Virus record (IMG/VR): IMGVR_UViG_3300029210_000253
DNA: 64,000 bases
Source: a virus
Direction: 5' to 3' (one strand)
Shown: positions 1 to 9,513 of the stretch, piece after piece
Layout: every line of letters starts with the position of its first letter
Position numbering within the stretch: the stretch's first letter is position 1
The notes under the pieces: generated by a model
The model's input: only the letters and a program-made list of their open reading frames with translations
Told to the model about the DNA's origin: nothing
Database searches by the model: none
Position numbers and translations under genes: made by a program

Positions 1-69
1 GATAGTGGAAAACCTGATTGGTGGGGAAATGGAAGCGAATTACTCAGCGAATTTGATTTTGATGACTAA
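1..69 (+). CDS. 3' end of an upstream gene (partial, ...DSGKPDWWGNGSELLSEFDFDD*)
   Basis: Open frame from window edge to TAA at 67-69; co-directional with array. Confidence 0.3.
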   Translation, partial: DSGKPDWWGNGSELLSEFDFDD

Positions 70-81
70 TAGAGGGAATGA

Positions 82-342
82 ATGAAAGCAATTTTACGAT
101 ATATGGATTATGTAGAAGACGGCAAAATAATTTTTTCTGTATTGAGCGAACATAATGTTGAAATTCTAAGGACAAAACACGATGCATCAATTTATCCTAA
201 AGTTACGATTCGAATAAAAGATAACGGTGAATTAATGGAATTACTTCATGACCTTAATTATAAATGTTTTCATGAAGTAAGTGTTGTAAAAATAAAGACG
301 GAAGCCGGAATTATCGAAAGGATTAAGAGAATATTTGAGTAG
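82..342 (+). CDS. hypothetical protein (86 aa)
   Basis: ORF with AGAGGGAA RBS upstream of ATG. Confidence 0.5.
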   Translation: MKAILRYMDYVEDGKIIFSVLSEHNVEILRTKHDASIYPKVTIRIKDNGELMELLHDLNYKCFHEVSVVKIKTEAGIIERIKRIFE

Positions 343-376
343 ATGAAAACGATATTCCAGAGAAAGGTGAGATAAA

Positions 377-730
377 ATGGGTGAATTGAATTTAATTCAG
401 ATTGCAAGAGAACTTTTAGCAATCCATGAAGAATTTCCTTATCATTTAAAAAATTATGATGACAATAATATTAATGATTTTGAAATGGAAACCTTCACAC
501 AGTTATGGGGTAATACAAGTGGAGGTTTTGAAAGCATGGGTGGTGCAGCAATGATTATTCAGAGAACTTATGTATTTATACCTACAGTTAATGATGAAGA
601 TTGTCAGGTGTATTTTGGAGGAGCTTATGCATATTCAGTTCCATATTCGAAAGAATTTGAGGATGATGTTAAAGCGCATAACGTAGCTGGAAAATATCAT
701 AAAGGAAAATATTTAAAAGGAGATAAATAA
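377..730 (+). CDS. hypothetical protein (117 aa)
   Basis: ORF with AAAGGTGAG RBS. Confidence 0.5.
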   Translation: MGELNLIQIARELLAIHEEFPYHLKNYDDNNINDFEMETFTQLWGNTSGGFESMGGAAMIIQRTYVFIPTVNDEDCQVYFGGAYAYSVPYSKEFEDDVKAHNVAGKYHKGKYLKGDK

Positions 731-731
731 T

Positions 732-2795
732 ATGGATGGATTTATGGAGTTTAAGGAAGCTTTACAGGAACATTTCAATGAAATGCAGAAGGATGCAGAC
801 AAATTATTCGAGGTGTTAGTAGATAAGGATGAGCTGTGGAATACTTATTTAAACAGTTTTCCAGCGGGTACTAACCCTATCTACCGTGAGAGAACTGAAC
901 ATGATTGTAGCTGCTGTAGATATTTTATTAAGAATATTGGCGTGGCAGTAGTTATTAAGGATAACCAGATGCATACAATTTGGGAACTTAAATTAAATGA
1001 CCCTACATATCAGACAGTTGCTAATGCGCTGGATAAATTCGTAAAAGCTCATGCAGTTTCCGATATTTATTTGAGTAAGTTCAAAAAGATTGGAACAGAT
1101 TATAACTTTGAAGAAATCAATGGTAAAGCTCATAGATGGGACCACTTCTTCCTGGAACTTCCAGATAAATTTATAAATCGCACGAGTTCTTCTAATGAAG
1201 AAATCAAAGGTCAGTTCCGTGATACCAGAAATGTGTTTAAGCGTTCTTTAGACGAAATTACTATGGATGCAGTTGATACGGTATTAGAGCTGATCAATTC
1301 TAATACTTTATATAAAGGTGAGGAATGGAAAACTGCTCTAACTGAGTTCAAGAAATACAAAAAGGAATATGACAAGTTAACAACAGCAACAGATAAAGCT
1401 CTGTATACTTGGGAAAAATCTATTAAAGCGGGTATGGCGATTGGCCGTATTAGAAACCATTCTATTGGTACTTTACTTGTGAATATCAGCGAAGATATGG
1501 ATCTTGATTTAGCAGTTAAAAAGTATGAGCAGATCGTGGCTCCTGCGAATTATAAGAGGCCGAAGGCAATTTTTACTAAGAAGATGTTAGAGGACGCGAA
1601 GAAAACCATTACTGAGCTTGGTTATATGGATTCTTTACAGCGTAGATTTGCTACTTTGAATGATATTTCTGTAAACAATGTTTTGTTCTCTAATAAAGAA
1701 GCTGCCAGAAAAATGACTGATACAGACAATATTTTTGGACAGATGGAAAAGGATGTTACTGTAAATCCAAAGAAGTTCTCTAAAGTTGAAGAGATTTCAG
1801 TACAGGATTTTATTGATAAGGTACTACCAACTGCAAAAGAAATTGAAGCGTTTGTAGAGAATAAACATGAGAAGAACTTTGTATCACTGATCGCACCTGT
1901 TAATAAGGATGCGAAAACCATGTTTAAGTGGAATAACGGTCTTAGTTGGGCTTATAGCGGCAATATTACCGATTCAGACATGAAACAGAATGTTAAAGCT
2001 GCAGGAGGTAATGTTGACGGTGTGCTTAGATTTTCCATCATGTGGAACGAGGCACAAAATGATAATAGCGATCTTGATGCTCACTGTATTGAACCAAATG
2101 GTAATGAAATCTATTATGGCAATTGCAGGAAACCTCGGATGTCTAGGATGGGTGGGCAGCTTGATATTGACATTACTAGACCAATGGAGCAGATGAAGGG
2201 CAAACCTTCAGTAGAAAATATTACATGGGCGGACAAATCTCATATGAAGCCTGGTACATATAGATTCTTTGTACGTCAGTTTGCTGCTAGAGGCAGTAAG
2301 GGATTTAAAGCAGAAATTGAGTTTGATGGTGAAATTCATGCTTTTGAATATAATCATCCTGTATCTGGTGATGTAACTGTTGCAGAAGTAGTTCTTGACG
2401 AAAATGGAAACTTCTCAATTAAAGAAAAGCTGAACGGTACTTCGAGTGTTTCTAGTCGTGATATTTGGGGAGTTCAGACCAATCAGTTTGTTCCTGTATC
2501 TGTAATTAGTTATAGTCCAAATTATTTTGATGATCAGAACGGAATTGGTCATAGACATGTATTTTTCTTCCTGAAAGATTGTGTAAATACTGAGGAGCCT
2601 AATGGATTTTATCTTGAGTTCCTTGACAATGATTTAATGAAGCATAAGAGAGTATTTGAAGCTCTTGGAGCTAAGTGTCATGTACAAGATACTGATAATC
2701 AGCTTTCTGGTATTGGTTTCTCTACGACTAAGAGAGCGGAACTTGTAGTCAAAGTAAAAGGCGCAACTGAGCGTATCATGAAGATTAAATTTTAA
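732..2795 (+). CDS. large hypothetical protein (687 aa) with a C-terminal TerD-like beta-sandwich domain (tentative)
   Basis: AAAAGGAGA RBS. C-terminal ~200 aa (DLDAHCIEPNGNEIYYGN...GGQLDIDI...TYRFFVRQFAARG...) parallels TerD motifs (DLD..., FYNN, GDNLTG, FGQV). Confidence 0.55.
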   Translation: MDGFMEFKEALQEHFNEMQKDADKLFEVLVDKDELWNTYLNSFPAGTNPIYRERTEHDCSCCRYFIKNIGVAVVIKDNQMHTIWELKLNDPTYQTVANALDKFVKAHAVSDIYLSKFKKIGTDYNFEEINGKAHRWDHFFLELPDKFINRTSSSNEEIKGQFRDTRNVFKRSLDEITMDAVDTVLELINSNTLYKGEEWKTALTEFKKYKKEYDKLTTATDKALYTWEKSIKAGMAIGRIRNHSIGTLLVNISEDMDLDLAVKKYEQIVAPANYKRPKAIFTKKMLEDAKKTITELGYMDSLQRRFATLNDISVNNVLFSNKEAARKMTDTDNIFGQMEKDVTVNPKKFSKVEEISVQDFIDKVLPTAKEIEAFVENKHEKNFVSLIAPVNKDAKTMFKWNNGLSWAYSGNITDSDMKQNVKAAGGNVDGVLRFSIMWNEAQNDNSDLDAHCIEPNGNEIYYGNCRKPRMSRMGGQLDIDITRPMEQMKGKPSVENITWADKSHMKPGTYRFFVRQFAARGSKGFKAEIEFDGEIHAFEYNHPVSGDVTVAEVVLDENGNFSIKEKLNGTSSVSSRDIWGVQTNQFVPVSVISYSPNYFDDQNGIGHRHVFFFLKDCVNTEEPNGFYLEFLDNDLMKHKRVFEALGAKCHVQDTDNQLSGIGFSTTKRAELVVKVKGATERIMKIKF

Positions 2796-2815
2796 AAATA
2801 AAGGAGAATATTATT

Positions 2816-3202
2816 ATGACGAACAATGAATTATTTGTAAAGGCAACCCGTGAGAATTTTCAGTTTCCATTTAGAGGAATGGTAAATGTTATTGATCTTT
2901 GGACTTTATCATTAAATAACTTGGATTCTGTTTTTAAGGCGCTTAATGCAGAAGTAAAGAAAACAGAAGAGGAAAGTCTTCTGCATGCTAAGTCAAAGGA
3001 AGATGAAGAACTTTCCGAGAAGATTGAAATTGTAAAATATATTGTCGGCGTTAAGTTGGAAGAGATTAAGTCAAGGGAAGATGCCAAGAAGAATAAGGAA
3101 ATGAAGCAGAGACTTCTGGAAATTAAAGCAAAGAGACAGGATGCGGCATTAGAGAATATGTCTGATGAAGAATTAGACAAGGCCCTTGCTGAATTAGATT
3201 AA
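2816..3202 (+). CDS. hypothetical K/E-rich coiled-coil protein
   Basis: ORF with AAAGGAGAA RBS. Confidence 0.5.
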   Translation: MTNNELFVKATRENFQFPFRGMVNVIDLWTLSLNNLDSVFKALNAEVKKTEEESLLHAKSKEDEELSEKIEIVKYIVGVKLEEIKSREDAKKNKEMKQRLLEIKAKRQDAALENMSDEELDKALAELD

Positions 3203-3299
3203 TAGATTTTGTCGAGCTAAATTAACAATATATCAAGGTTGGTTGGCGTCACAACCAATCAACCTATTTCTAAAATACATAGCAAAGGAGAACGTGATT

Positions 3300-3944
3300 A
3301 TGACGAACTATGAGAAGTATAAAGATAAGATTGATAAGATTTGGGAAAGTGGGGATATTGCTTGCTTTACAAAAAATGGTGAGATAAAACCTTGTTATGA
3401 AATAACTTGTCCTGAATGTGAATTTAATGGAGAGGAAGGTTGCAGCTTAAATTCAAAGAAATGGCTCGTATCTGAATACAAAGATCCAGCAGAAAATGTG
3501 GATTGGAGCAAAGTACCAATAGATACGCCAGTATTGGTAAGAGAATACGAAACTGATAAATGGATACCAAGATATTTTGCCGGAATTAATGGGGATGGAA
3601 ATGTTATTGCATTTGAAAACGGCGCTACATCTTGGTCTGATAATGGGAAAAATTTTACTTTAAGTTGGGAGTGTACCAAACTTGCCAATCCAGACGATCT
3701 GAAGAAATCTGAGTTTCATCAGGAGAAGAGAAAATATACTGATAAAGAATTGATCGATATGTTGGCCGCAAATTACGCTGAAAAAGTAGATAATGACATA
3801 TATTTCAATCAGGAAAATTATAAAGAGTTTCTTGAGGCGGTATATTGGTTTTGGAAATGTACAACAAATAATTTCAATAAAAGAAGTATCGCAGAAGCAA
3901 TAAATAAAATGCTTAATTTGGAATTTAAAGGTGACTTATTATGA
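3300..3944 (+). CDS. hypothetical protein; start moved to internal ATG 3300 behind a strong RBS (track ORF starts 3243)
   Basis: AAAGGAGAACGTGATT precedes ATG 3300; the in-frame upstream extension lacks an RBS. Confidence 0.5.
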   Translation: MTNYEKYKDKIDKIWESGDIACFTKNGEIKPCYEITCPECEFNGEEGCSLNSKKWLVSEYKDPAENVDWSKVPIDTPVLVREYETDKWIPRYFAGINGDGNVIAFENGATSWSDNGKNFTLSWECTKLANPDDLKKSEFHQEKRKYTDKELIDMLAANYAEKVDNDIYFNQENYKEFLEAVYWFWKCTTNNFNKRSIAEAINKMLNLEFKGDLL

Positions 3945-4114
3945 AAGAAAATAAAAAACGATTAATTGGTTCTGGATTATATCTTTGTGGATTTGTTTCG
4001 TATGTTACTTTTATGGGATTATTGAACAAGTGTGGAGGCAATGCTGGATTATATGGATTAGGTGCCTCCATTAGTGCAGTTGTTTTTTGCGGTGCATTGT
4101 ATAGTTTACATTAG
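3941..4114 (+). CDS. small hydrophobic protein (57 aa, MKENKKRLIGSGLYLCGFVSYVTFMGLL...)
   Basis: ATGA overlap with the upstream stop; fills the gap between genes; predicted TM segments. Confidence 0.35.
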   Translation: MKENKKRLIGSGLYLCGFVSYVTFMGLLNKCGGNAGLYGLGASISAVVFCGALYSLH

Positions 4115-4123
4115 AAGGTTTAT

Positions 4124-4471
4124 ATGGGTAAAGTCGGGAATGTAGAAGTTGAATGGAGCGGTGGATATCCATGTTTGTGCCATGGCAAATGGACATTAAA
4201 AGTAGATGGAAGAGACGTTTCAGATAAGATTCCAGAAGATCTGAGAAAAGATGACATGAATACATATAAATCATATCGAAAATGGCATTTTAATGAAGAT
4301 TATCGTGAAGAATGGGAATATTATAATGACGGTCTGAGATGTGAAGATTGGATTAAAGTCAATGGCTATTGGCTCAATAAAATCGTTGCAGATAAAGATA
4401 TTCAGAAGTGTGTATTTTATGCAATCAATGAGGAAGATTGGAGACATAGTAGCTGTGGCGGATGTGTCTAA
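4124..4471 (+). CDS. hypothetical Cys-rich protein (115 aa)
   Basis: ORF; 8 Cys. Confidence 0.5.
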   Translation: MGKVGNVEVEWSGGYPCLCHGKWTLKVDGRDVSDKIPEDLRKDDMNTYKSYRKWHFNEDYREEWEYYNDGLRCEDWIKVNGYWLNKIVADKDIQKCVFYAINEEDWRHSSCGGCV

Positions 4472-4510
4472 AAAGGTAAAAAACAAATTTTAATATAATA
4501 AAAGGAGAAA

Positions 4511-5128
4511 ATGATTATGATGAACAATTTTTTAAACGGTATGTTTGGTAAAGTAGGAAGTGGTATGTGTAGACTTTCCATGAATGGTGGCATTGCAGTT
4601 AAAACATCAAATGGATATAAAACATACAATGTGAAGACTGGCAAACTTACAAACTGTAGCAATTTTGTATTTGATATTGGTGAAGAGTTTTTCTTTGTTA
4701 TTCCAACTAATAAAGTAGAAGCAGGAGATATTATCCTGGTTAATGGTAAGCCCAAATGTGTTATCGAAGCAGATAAAACTAAAATTACAGTTATTAATTA
4801 TGAAGATTCTACTGTGGAAACTATTCTTCCAGAAAGACATGTTTTTATGGGTAATACATATTTCTATGGAAAGATTGTATCTATGTTTGGCAGTGATATT
4901 CTTAAGGGAAAGAAAGGCACAAATAATATCTTTAAATATATGATGCTGTCTCAGATGATGAAGAGTGATGGAAATGCTTCTAGTATGATGAGTGGTAATG
5001 GTATGAGTTCTATGCTTCCACTTATGATGATGGGTGGTAATATGGGTAATATGTTTGACGGATTATTCGATTTTGATATGGACGTTGATACAGAAAATGA
5101 TGAAGATGTAGAAGAGGAGGATGCATAA
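4511..5128 (+). CDS. hypothetical protein with a Met/Gly-rich low-complexity region and an acidic C-terminal tail
   Basis: AAAGGAGAAA RBS. C-terminus reads MMLSQMMKSDGNASSMMSGNGMSSMLPLMMMGGNMGNM then DVDTENDEDVEEEDA. Confidence 0.55.
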   Translation: MIMMNNFLNGMFGKVGSGMCRLSMNGGIAVKTSNGYKTYNVKTGKLTNCSNFVFDIGEEFFFVIPTNKVEAGDIILVNGKPKCVIEADKTKITVINYEDSTVETILPERHVFMGNTYFYGKIVSMFGSDILKGKKGTNNIFKYMMLSQMMKSDGNASSMMSGNGMSSMLPLMMMGGNMGNMFDGLFDFDMDVDTENDEDVEEEDA

Positions 5129-5129
5129 T

Positions 5130-6008
5130 ATGGGATGTGGTTCATGGACAAGAGATAGTTATGTAAGTTATTCAACAGCAAAAGGTATGAGTGTTTCAAC
5201 GGATGGTATGATTAGCGGTTCTTATTCTAATCAGGATATGTTTAAGGCAAGGAATATTGATTCTGCACTTGATCCTAAGAATGTCATTAGAGAGTGTTGC
5301 GATACAGAGGAACATCCAAACACAATTCCTGTTATTCTTGCACTTGATGTAACTGGTTCTATGGGACAGGCTGCTGTTGAAGTGGCAAAGAAGTTAAATG
5401 TAATTATGACTAAGTTATATGAAAAGGTTACAGATGTTGAGTTCCTTATCATGGGTATTGGTGATTTGGCTTGTGATAGCTGTCCAATTCAGGCTTCACA
5501 GTTTGAATCAGATATTCGTATTGCTGAACAACTTGACAAGATTTATTTTGAATTTGGCGGTGGTGGAAACAGTTATGAATCCTATACAGCAGCATGGTAT
5601 TTCGGTTCTCGTCACACAAAGCTTGATTGTTTAAATCGTGGAAGAAAAGGAATTATTATTACAATGGGAGATGAGCAGTTAAATCCATATCTTCCATTTA
5701 AGGGTAGAGGTCATGGTTTATCAGAGGTAACAGGTGATAATCTTCAGTCTGATGTAGAGACTAAGGATTTATACGAAGAGGCTTCTCAGAAGTTTAACAT
5801 TTATCATTTAGATGTAAATCATACTCGCAGATGGGATGAAGAAGAAATTGAGAAGTCTTACAAGAAGTATCTTGATGATACACACTTTAGAAGAGTAACT
5901 ATGGATAGTATTACAAATGAGATTGTAGATATTATTGTTAGTGAAGCAGAGAATAATGTTACAGATATAGTTACTACACCTTCTAATTCAGAAGGAATTA
6001 CTTGGTAG
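5130..6008 (+). CDS. von Willebrand factor A (vWA) domain protein
   Basis: MIDAS motif D-x-S-x-S in LALDVTGSMGQAA. Start moved to ATG 5130 behind GAGGAGGA RBS (track start 5121). Confidence 0.7.
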   Translation: MGCGSWTRDSYVSYSTAKGMSVSTDGMISGSYSNQDMFKARNIDSALDPKNVIRECCDTEEHPNTIPVILALDVTGSMGQAAVEVAKKLNVIMTKLYEKVTDVEFLIMGIGDLACDSCPIQASQFESDIRIAEQLDKIYFEFGGGGNSYESYTAAWYFGSRHTKLDCLNRGRKGIIITMGDEQLNPYLPFKGRGHGLSEVTGDNLQSDVETKDLYEEASQKFNIYHLDVNHTRRWDEEEIEKSYKKYLDDTHFRRVTMDSITNEIVDIIVSEAENNVTDIVTTPSNSEGITW

Positions 6009-6025
6009 GATAGGAGATTTAAGAG

Positions 6026-7123
6026 ATGAAAGACATTAAGATTGTGATAGGTGCTAATTTTGGAGATTGTGGAAAAGGATTAATGACAGATTATTTCTCA
6101 CAGAAACCTAATAGTATTGTTGTTTGTTCAAATGGTGGTGCTCAGAGAGGACATACCGTAACAACGCCTGGTGGAATCAGACATGTCTTTCATCATTTTG
6201 GATCTGGAACATTCACTCATGCAAGTACATATTTATCTGAGGATTTTATTGTTAATCCAATTATTTTTAAGCAGGAATATGATGAGTTGATGAAATTAGG
6301 ATATATTCCAAATGTTTATATCAATCAAGATTGTATGTTGACTACACCTTTTGATATGATGGCAAATCAGATTATAGAGGAAAATCGTGGGAAAAATAAA
6401 CATGGTAGTTGTGGCTTGGGAATTTTTGAAACTATCAAAAGATATAAAGCTGGTATAACTGATGTAGATGATCATATCAGGGAATATTACTTAGAACAAT
6501 TTGAAAGAGAGAATATTATATTAACAGATGAATGGTCAAGAATATTCCTTGATAATGGTATATTTGAACACTTTTTAGATGATTGGGATTTTATGAATAA
6601 TCACTCATTGGCTATATCAGATAATTATTTTTTAAATCAGTTTGATAATATTGTATTTGAAGCTGCACAAGGTTTATTGCTTGATCAGAATAACACAGAA
6701 TATTTTCCACATCTAACACCATCTAATACAGGTATTAAAAATCCCAAGAGAATAATTGAAAATGTTGAATGGAATGAAGAGATAAACATTGAAACTTGTT
6801 ATGTGTCTCGTGCATATCTTACACGGCATGGTACAGGAAAATTTCCATCAGAGTGTGATAAAAATCAGATCAACAAATATATTTTTGATAAAACTAATAT
6901 ACCAAATCCATTCCAGGATACATTGAGATATGGAACATTAGATTTAAAAGAATTGTATAACAGATGCAGTAAGGATGTAGGAGATTTTGGAAATAAGAAA
7001 TCATTAGCGCTTATGCACTGCAATGAATGTGACTGGGATGACGAAGAGTTGATTAGCCTATTTAAAGGTTGGAATATATATTATTCTGATGGAGAGACAA
7101 GAGAAGATATTAGATTGAGGTAA
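6026..7123 (+). CDS. adenylosuccinate synthetase homolog, short PurA/PurZ type (365 aa)
   Basis: GANFGDCGKG matches PurA GDEGKGK, NGGAQRGHT matches GG(H)NAGHT, HGSCGLGI matches TTGRGIGP. AGGAGA RBS. Confidence 0.75.
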   Translation: MKDIKIVIGANFGDCGKGLMTDYFSQKPNSIVVCSNGGAQRGHTVTTPGGIRHVFHHFGSGTFTHASTYLSEDFIVNPIIFKQEYDELMKLGYIPNVYINQDCMLTTPFDMMANQIIEENRGKNKHGSCGLGIFETIKRYKAGITDVDDHIREYYLEQFERENIILTDEWSRIFLDNGIFEHFLDDWDFMNNHSLAISDNYFLNQFDNIVFEAAQGLLLDQNNTEYFPHLTPSNTGIKNPKRIIENVEWNEEINIETCYVSRAYLTRHGTGKFPSECDKNQINKYIFDKTNIPNPFQDTLRYGTLDLKELYNRCSKDVGDFGNKKSLALMHCNECDWDDEELISLFKGWNIYYSDGETREDIRLR

Positions 7124-7127
7124 AAAT

Positions 7128-7595
7128 ATGAGATTAAGTGAAATTGCAGAATGGATAGTAAAAAATAATCCAGACTGTCTTATGGTGCCAAATTATATTG
7201 TTGTTAATGGTTGCAGAGAAGACTGGTATGAAGAATCATTAATCGAACCACTTATGAACCATTGGATGTACGAAGATTTAGGTTTATGTGATTGTGGTTG
7301 TCCTGAATATACATATGAAGTAATCAGAAAATTTTTACATATTCGTCAGGATTGGCGAGAAAATAAACTTGAATATACCGAAGTTCTTAATAGGTATAAA
7401 AGAGATTTACATGTTGAGGACAATGACAACAATCAATTTGGATTGCTTCAGTTCATGATGTATATTTTAGATGAACATGAATTCATAGAGCATGGTAGTA
7501 GTATCACAGGTTGTTGGCTTACCGAAAAAGGTGAAATGCTATTGGTTACTTTAGATGCATGGCATGAAAAGAATATGAAAACAGAAGCCGATTAA
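7128..7595 (+). CDS. hypothetical protein (155 aa)
   Basis: ORF with GAGGT RBS. Confidence 0.5.
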   Translation: MRLSEIAEWIVKNNPDCLMVPNYIVVNGCREDWYEESLIEPLMNHWMYEDLGLCDCGCPEYTYEVIRKFLHIRQDWRENKLEYTEVLNRYKRDLHVEDNDNNQFGLLQFMMYILDEHEFIEHGSSITGCWLTEKGEMLLVTLDAWHEKNMKTEAD

Positions 7596-7620
7596 ATGTT
7601 GGTTTCAATAGGAGAATCTA

Positions 7621-7983
7621 ATGGATATATTATTCGGTTACGACTGTATAGATAGTTGTGATTGCGATAAAAGTAGCAGTTGCAAATATGCTAAACATAA
7701 ATTTATTCCATTTAAAATTTCACATTTACTATTTGTTTATCCAAGATGTATCAAATTGAGTGGCACAAATAAATGTCCATACAATAAAACAAGAAACTAT
7801 ACATGTGCAAGTTGTGCCAATAGTAATTCATTCGAAGAATGTGATATTCCTTTTAATGAGAGAAAACCATATATTCCTAAAGATAGGTGGAAGAAATATA
7901 GTAGATGTGGTAGTTATAAAAAATGTAAATGGGCAGATGACTGTTTATATGATGGTGTGTATGTAAGCAGAAATCAGCTCTAA
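7621..7983 (+). CDS. hypothetical Cys-rich protein (16 Cys in 120 aa)
   Basis: ORF with TAGGAGAA RBS; CxxC and CxC clusters. Confidence 0.5.
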   Translation: MDILFGYDCIDSCDCDKSSSCKYAKHKFIPFKISHLLFVYPRCIKLSGTNKCPYNKTRNYTCASCANSNSFEECDIPFNERKPYIPKDRWKKYSRCGSYKKCKWADDCLYDGVYVSRNQL

Positions 7984-8308
7984 CTTGTTTAGAGTGTTAA
8001 TTATTATCTACTACTTATTATATCTACTATTTATATCTGTGGCAGTTCTTGCAAAATTTTACATGAACTTCATCTGAGTTTTCAAAAGTTATTGTCAAAA
8101 AATGTAATAACATCCGCCATAGGAAAATATGATTATTCCGCTGCGGCGAAGCCGCCTATCCGGAACAATGGTTTCCTCATTCCGGACAGGTGGTGTAAAA
8201 GCACCCGTAATATTCAAAAATACAAAAGGAATAACAGAAAGGATATGCACCCGAAGAACCGAACTATATAGATATGTCGGTATTCGGTGCGGCAAGTTAA
8301 GATAGGAG
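7984..8308. promoter_or_regulatory. 325-nt non-coding island with GC-rich hairpins and short direct repeats; candidate structured RNA or regulatory region
   Basis: Stops in all + frames. Hairpins GCGGC-GAA-GCCGC (8143-8155) and TCCGGA...TCCGGA (8159-8186). Long-range pairing GCACCCGAA...TTCGGTGC. Direct repeats ATCTACTA near 8008-8030. Confidence 0.3.
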
Positions 8309-8644
8309 TTGGCTATGTTATTAACAAATAGATTTCCAAACGAAAATCGCTCAGGTCTTCAAGAATACTATTGTGACTTAACACGAGAAATAGATCGGCT
8401 TCTTGGATTATCACCAGATCAATACTGGAAGCATTATATTCTGGCAGATAGCACAATGCTAAAGGACAAGTGTCTTGCAATTAGAATTCCTGGCGGTACA
8501 GTTGGTGGAATTTGGATTGATGATGAGAATATTATTACGAAGGTATTTGTAGACACTGAGTATTATGTTATTGAAGAATATCCAATAGATATTAATGAAA
8601 AACTGGCACATTTTGTAGGAGAGAAGATTGAATTTGTTGATTAA
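8309..8644 (+). CDS. hypothetical protein
   Basis: ORF with TAGGAG RBS. Confidence 0.5.
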   Translation: MAMLLTNRFPNENRSGLQEYYCDLTREIDRLLGLSPDQYWKHYILADSTMLKDKCLAIRIPGGTVGGIWIDDENIITKVFVDTEYYVIEEYPIDINEKLAHFVGEKIEFVD

Positions 8645-8659
8645 GAGAAAGGAATAAAT

Positions 8660-9016
8660 ATGGGAACAGATATTACTATGTTTGCAGAAGTTCGTAAAAA
8701 TAAGAAATGGACAAAGGTAGAAAGTGTATTTAAAAATCCTTGGTATCGCGAAGATAGAGTAATTGACGAATGGAATCGGCCATATACTGATCGACCTTAT
8801 GATGGTCGAAATTATGATTTATTTGCAATTCTTGCAGATGTAAGAAATGGAACTGGTTTCGCTGGATGTAGGACTTCTTATGGGTTTAATCCAATTAGTA
8901 CACCTAAAGGACTGCCAGAAGATATTACAGACGAAGTAAAAGAACTTTTATGGAATGATGGATATGCAAACTCATATTATACATTAAAGGAATTGAAAGA
9001 TTATGATTGGGATTAG
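8660..9016 (+). CDS. hypothetical protein
   Basis: ORF with AAAGGAA RBS. Confidence 0.5.
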   Translation: MGTDITMFAEVRKNKKWTKVESVFKNPWYREDRVIDEWNRPYTDRPYDGRNYDLFAILADVRNGTGFAGCRTSYGFNPISTPKGLPEDITDEVKELLWNDGYANSYYTLKELKDYDWD

Positions 9017-9061
9017 AAAGTCATTCATGTAGGTGTTATTAGTGAAGCTCAGTATATAGAA

Positions 9062-9337
9062 ATGAAAAGAATAGGAAAGAATCCAGATAGCTGGAGTGGA
9101 GATACTTCTGGGTGGGATATTGTTGTAGTATCGGCGGATACTATGGACAAGATTTTAAATAAAACTATCAGTAGAAATGATCGACTTAAATATTATGTAC
9201 AAGTGGATTTCAAACCAATTACATATAGAGAGTGTTGTTACAATTTTTTAAAGGACACAATTCCAGCGTTAGAAGAACTTGTTCCTGATGGTGGTACAGA
9301 GGAAGATGTACGAATTATTTTCAATTTTGATTGTTGA
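9062..9337 (+). CDS. hypothetical protein
   Basis: ORF in dense array. Confidence 0.45.
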   Translation: MKRIGKNPDSWSGDTSGWDIVVVSADTMDKILNKTISRNDRLKYYVQVDFKPITYRECCYNFLKDTIPALEELVPDGGTEEDVRIIFNFDC

Positions 9338-9362
9338 AATACGTGTTTCATGGAGAAATATA

Positions 9363-9503
9363 ATGAGAAGATTATGGAACAAATGGAAGAACTATTGTCT
9401 TAAAACTGGAAAGGATTATACGATGATGCCAACATTAATTGTTTATTATATTTGTTGGCTTACATTTTTAATCTTATTTGGACGATGGTTAGGAGAATGG
9501 TAG
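9363..9503 (+). CDS. small membrane protein (47 aa); 3' part of track ORF 9279-9503
   Basis: GGAGAAATATA RBS before ATG 9363; hydrophobic C-terminal half. Confidence 0.3.
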   Translation: MRRLWNKWKNYCLKTGKDYTMMPTLIVYYICWLTFLILFGRWLGEW

Positions 9504-9513
9504 GTGATAAATT

